The notes under the pieces were generated by a model, which saw nothing but the letters and a program-made list of their open reading frames with translations, did not search any database and was not told the DNA's origin. From Candidatus Methylomirabilia bacterium (GTDB lineage Bacteria; Methylomirabilota; Methylomirabilia; Rokubacteriales; CSP1-6): DNA of 36,232 bases. A program made the position numbers and the translations under genes. The DNA is taken from positions 1-36,232 of the forward strand of contig JBGQHJ010000033.1 in NCBI GenBank assembly GCA_041497895.1, in the 5' to 3' direction. Below are positions 33,102 to 36,232 of this stretch, piece by piece (position 1 is the first letter of the stretch; the number at the start of each line of letters is the position of its first letter).

Positions 33102-34400
33102 GTGACCACGATCAGCCGGCGCAAGTTCCTCGGGAGTGCGGGATTGCTGGGCGCGGGGGCGGTGCTCGCCGACGGCGCGCGGCGGACGGCTCGCGCGGAC
33201 AAGCCGATCAACTTCTCGGGGTGGGTGTTCAAGCCCGACACCGTGAAGGACTACGTCGACTTCTACAACAAGAAGCACGGCGGGCAGGTGAAGTACGAGG
33301 CGATCCCGTGGGCCACCTACCATTCCACCATGGAGACGCGCGCCTTCGCGGGCGAGGTGGTGGACGTCATGTACTGCAACTCGGCCAACCGGGAGCACTG
33401 GTTCGAGAACGGCCTGATCCGGGCCCTCGACGACCTGCCCGGCATGGACGAGCTCAAGAAGAAGATCGCCCCCGCCAGCCTCGACAGCCTGAAGAACCGC
33501 GACGGCAGCAAGATCATCGGGCTGCCCTACTTCACGAGCGTGTTCATCCTCATGTACAACGAGCCGATGCTGCAGCAGGCCGGCATCAAGGCCCCGGCCA
33601 AGACGTGGGACGAGCTGGTCGAGCACAGCGCGAAGCTCAAGCGGGACAAGGTGAGCGACACTCCGTACCTGCCCAACTGGAACAACAGCGCCTCCGGCAC
33701 CATGCCCCAGTTCCTGAGCGACTGCTTCTCGGACGGGGCCAACGTGTTCGACGCCAAGAACCGGGTGATCGTGGACCAGGAGCCGGGCGCGGCCCGCGCG
33801 ATGGAGCGCTGGCAGAAGGTGTACGCGGCCGGGCTCGTCAACCCGGAGGTGCTCACCAAGACCTCGTCCACCGACACCCACCGGCTCTTCTGGACCGGGC
33901 GCTACGCCTACCACACCAACCACTCCTACTACCTGCGCACCATCGCGGGCGAGCCGGAGAACTCCAAGCTCGCCCCCAAGAAAGCCAAGATGGCGATGTA
34001 CCCCGGCAACGGGCAGACCCACATGTTCACCGAGTTCTACACCGTGAACGCCAAGACCAAGGCGCTCGAGGACGCGTGGAAGTTCGCCAAGTTCCTCGGC
34101 GGCAACGACAACGGGGACTGGTACGTGCAGCGACAGTGGTGCCTCATCGCGGGCCTCGACAACCCGTACCCCGAGATGTACGACCACCCCGAGGTCACCC
34201 AGTCCTACGACAAGTGGATCGACCTCAAGCTCCTGCGCGAGCAGTACAAGAAGGGGCGCACGATCAACGCGTTCAAGGAGTCGTGGTTCTCGGAGTACGA
34301 CACCAAGGCCATCCCGATCGTGCACAACATCATCCGCGGGTCCTCGACGGTCCCGAAGGGCCTCAAGGAGCTGGCCGCGCTGCAGAAGTCCCTGGTGTAG
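33102..34400 (+). CDS. Carbohydrate ABC transporter substrate-binding protein with Tat signal
   Basis: SRRKFL twin-arginine motif; GLPY, MYN, PAKTWDEL, AWKFAKFL. Confidence 0.9.
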   Translation: MTTISRRKFLGSAGLLGAGAVLADGARRTARADKPINFSGWVFKPDTVKDYVDFYNKKHGGQVKYEAIPWATYHSTMETRAFAGEVVDVMYCNSANREHWFENGLIRALDDLPGMDELKKKIAPASLDSLKNRDGSKIIGLPYFTSVFILMYNEPMLQQAGIKAPAKTWDELVEHSAKLKRDKVSDTPYLPNWNNSASGTMPQFLSDCFSDGANVFDAKNRVIVDQEPGAARAMERWQKVYAAGLVNPEVLTKTSSTDTHRLFWTGRYAYHTNHSYYLRTIAGEPENSKLAPKKAKMAMYPGNGQTHMFTEFYTVNAKTKALEDAWKFAKFLGGNDNGDWYVQRQWCLIAGLDNPYPEMYDHPEVTQSYDKWIDLKLLREQYKKGRTINAFKESWFSEYDTKAIPIVHNIIRGSSTVPKGLKELAALQKSLV

Positions 34401-34421
34401 CCCGCGGCGCCCGCGGCCTCC

Positions 34422-35366
34422 ATGTTCAAGAGCGGCGCGGGCGGGCTCCGTCTCTCCGAGGCGGGGTTCGCCTGGCTGCTCGTCCTGCCGGTCCTGATCG
34501 GCGTCGCGCTGGTGGTGGCGGTTCCCCTCGTCTACTCCCTCTGGCTCTCGTTCACCGACGTCAACCTGCTGCGGACGACCGGCCCCGCGCTCGAGGCCTT
34601 CGGGATCCGCCTGCCCCTCTACCACTGGGTGGGCCTCAAGAACTACCTCCAGGTCTTCGGCGACCCGCTCTACTGGAGCTCGCTCTGGCGCACGCTCTAC
34701 TTCGTGGGCGCGTTCGTGGTCGAGGCGACCCTGGCCGGCATGGGGATGGCCCTCGTCCTCAACGAGCGCTTCGCCGGCCGCCCGCTGATGCGGAGCCTCC
34801 TGCTGATCCCGTGGTCCCTCTCGCGCATCGTGGTCGGGCTCCTGTGGGTCGGCCTCCTCGACTTCGAGTTCGGCGCGCTGAACGCGCTGCTGCAGCGGGC
34901 CGGCCTGATCGACGCCTACATCGCGTTCTTCAAGGACGGCTGGAGCTCGCTGAACGTGCTGGTCTCCGTCTACATGTGGAACCAGGCCCCGTTCGCGACG
35001 CTCCTGTTCCTGGCCGGCATGCAGTCGATCGGCGAGGATCTGTACGCCGCCGCGGAGGTGGACGGGGCGGGCTACTGGCAGCGCTTCCTCCACGTCACGC
35101 TGCCGTCCCTGCGCCCGATCCTGTTCCTGGTGCTGGTGCTGTGCACCGTGAACGGCTTCCTGATGCTGGACCTGATCTACATCCTCACCATGGGCGGCCC
35201 GGGCTACGACACCACCACGATCTCGTGGCTCGGCTTCCAGACGACCTTCAAGTTCTTCAAGTTCGGGCCCGGCACCGCCATCCTGTACACGCTCACCGGC
35301 CTCTGCCTGCTCCTGACCCTGATCTATCACCGGCTGATCCTGGCCGGCTTCGAGGCGGAGGGCTAG
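34422..35366 (+). CDS. Carbohydrate ABC transporter permease 1
   Basis: VGLKNY, LLLIPW, EAA loop LYAAAEVDGA..F.HVTLP, TMGGPG. Confidence 0.92.
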   Translation: MFKSGAGGLRLSEAGFAWLLVLPVLIGVALVVAVPLVYSLWLSFTDVNLLRTTGPALEAFGIRLPLYHWVGLKNYLQVFGDPLYWSSLWRTLYFVGAFVVEATLAGMGMALVLNERFAGRPLMRSLLLIPWSLSRIVVGLLWVGLLDFEFGALNALLQRAGLIDAYIAFFKDGWSSLNVLVSVYMWNQAPFATLLFLAGMQSIGEDLYAAAEVDGAGYWQRFLHVTLPSLRPILFLVLVLCTVNGFLMLDLIYILTMGGPGYDTTTISWLGFQTTFKFFKFGPGTAILYTLTGLCLLLTLIYHRLILAGFEAEG

Positions 35367-35370
35367 GGCG

Positions 35371-36232
35371 GTGCCCGCGCGGGCGTGGCGAGGCGGCGCC
35401 TACCGGGCGCGCTCGGGACCGAGTCGCGTCCTCCTCGGCGGCCTGGTGGCCCTCGTGACGCTCTGGCTGATCGGTCCGTTCGTCTGGCTCTTCGTGACCA
35501 GCGTCTCCTACCAGAAGAACCTGATGGCGCGGCCGCTGTCCTTCGTGCCCCCGGAGGTTACCCTCGACAACTACCGCATGATCATGGGGCTGGTCCGGTT
35601 CCACGCCGAGGGGCAGGCGGCCAAGATCCTGCCCTCCATGTGGAACACCCTGGTGGTGGCGGGGGTCGTGACCGCGGTGAACCTGGTGCTGGGCACCACC
35701 GCCGGCTACGCCTACGCGCGCTTTCGCTTCCCGCTCCGGACGGTGTCGCTGTTCGCGCTGCTCTTCACGCGCATGCTGCCGACCATCGTGCTGATCCCCG
35801 CCTTCTTCGTGATCTTCCGCGCCCTGGGGCTGCAGAACACGCTCTCCGGCCTGGTGGTGGCCTACTGCTCGTTCACGCTGCCGTTCACGGTGTGGATCAT
35901 GAAGGCCTACTTCGAGACGGTGCCGGCGGACCTCGACAAGAGCGCGCTGGTCGATGGCTGCAACCGGCTCCAGGCCTACTACAAGGTCGTGCTGCCGGTG
36001 TCGGGGCCGGGCCTGGTCGCGGGCGGGGCCTTCACGTTCATGCTCTGCTGGAACGAGTTCGTGGTGGCGCAGGTGCTCAACACCAAGCCGGGCACCACCA
36101 CGCTGCCGCCGGTCATCGCGGGCATGAACGGCCAGATCAACATCGACTACTCGGTGATCGCGGCCTCCGGCTTCCTGGGCGCGCTCCCCGCGGTCCTGCT
36201 CGTGCTGATCTTCCAGAAGTACATGGTGCAGG
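35371..36232 (+). CDS. Carbohydrate ABC transporter permease 2 (truncated by the window end)
   Basis: Open frame from GTG 35371; TLDNY, AGYAYARFRFP, LPFTVW, EAA loop DLDKSALVDGC, WNEF; no stop before the end. Confidence 0.88.
   Translation, partial: MPARAWRGGAYRARSGPSRVLLGGLVALVTLWLIGPFVWLFVTSVSYQKNLMARPLSFVPPEVTLDNYRMIMGLVRFHAEGQAAKILPSMWNTLVVAGVVTAVNLVLGTTAGYAYARFRFPLRTVSLFALLFTRMLPTIVLIPAFFVIFRALGLQNTLSGLVVAYCSFTLPFTVWIMKAYFETVPADLDKSALVDGCNRLQAYYKVVLPVSGPGLVAGGAFTFMLCWNEFVVAQVLNTKPGTTTLPPVIAGMNGQINIDYSVIAASGFLGALPAVLLVLIFQKYMVQ

Noticed and set aside
33102..34400. Lower GC and Lys/Asn-rich composition suggesting horizontal transfer
   Set aside because: Third codon positions remain almost all G/C. 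The shift reflects the amino-acid composition of a solute-binding protein, and no mobility genes or flanking repeats are seen.
91..35458. Many long overlapping ORFs in the track (for example 91-1785, 5337-6896, 6848-9103, 12781-15102, most of 15536-18400, 24629-26974, 32925-35330)
   Set aside because: Antisense or off-frame shadows of well-supported genes. They are Arg/Gly/Pro/Ala-rich or mirror-codon sequences with no family motifs, as expected at this GC content.

Overview
A very GC-rich (visibly above about 70%), gene-dense bacterial chromosome segment from a diderm organism, since it encodes an outer-membrane beta-barrel. Gene style suggests Candidatus Rokubacteria/Methylomirabilota (inference only). 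About 42 CDS are supported. I saw no rRNA, tRNA, CRISPR array, integrase or transposase. From left to right: (i) a minus-strand run of DtxR-family regulator, AHL-lactonase-like metallo-hydrolase, CaiB CoA-transferase, SYLF protein, PLP aminotransferase and receiver protein; (ii) an acyl-CoA dehydrogenase and an SxxC thioredoxin-like protein; (iii) an envelope-modification cluster (multi-VanZ protein, small secreted ORF, asnB, ArnT-like GT-C); (iv) a large metal-homeostasis region at about 12.9-26.9 kb with a copper-type operon (small TM protein, CopD-cytochrome c-thioredoxin-fold fusion, CusF, rhodanese) followed by a Zn/Mn-type uptake locus (outer-membrane barrel, two SBPs, two permeases, ATP-grasp, PAP2, ATPase, DUF192, CDF exporter, MetE-like); (v) housekeeping genes (HAD, PMM/PGM, Rid, hydrolase, CMD, IMPase/HisN, DUF1015, ABM) and a Tat-exported carbohydrate ABC transporter cut off by the window end. 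The most interesting signal is two apparently leaderless, roughly 100-aa leader ORFs (23497-23808 and 9013-9318) with the same layout: signal peptide, a G-aromatic-acidic/His motif, a Pro-rich linker and a C-terminal ADxRA[P/S]P motif of the RAPP ribosome-arrest type. Each is associated with an anti-Shine-Dalgarno sequence for the next ORF. They resemble the copper-sensing CruR/CutF (DUF2946) attenuators but lack CxxC, which suggests His-based (Zn-type) and Asp-based (Ca/Mg-type) co-translational periplasmic sensors. Other observations are a palindromic bidirectional -10 element, widespread leaderless starts, two copies of a REP-like repeat, and a candidate structured RNA at the window start.
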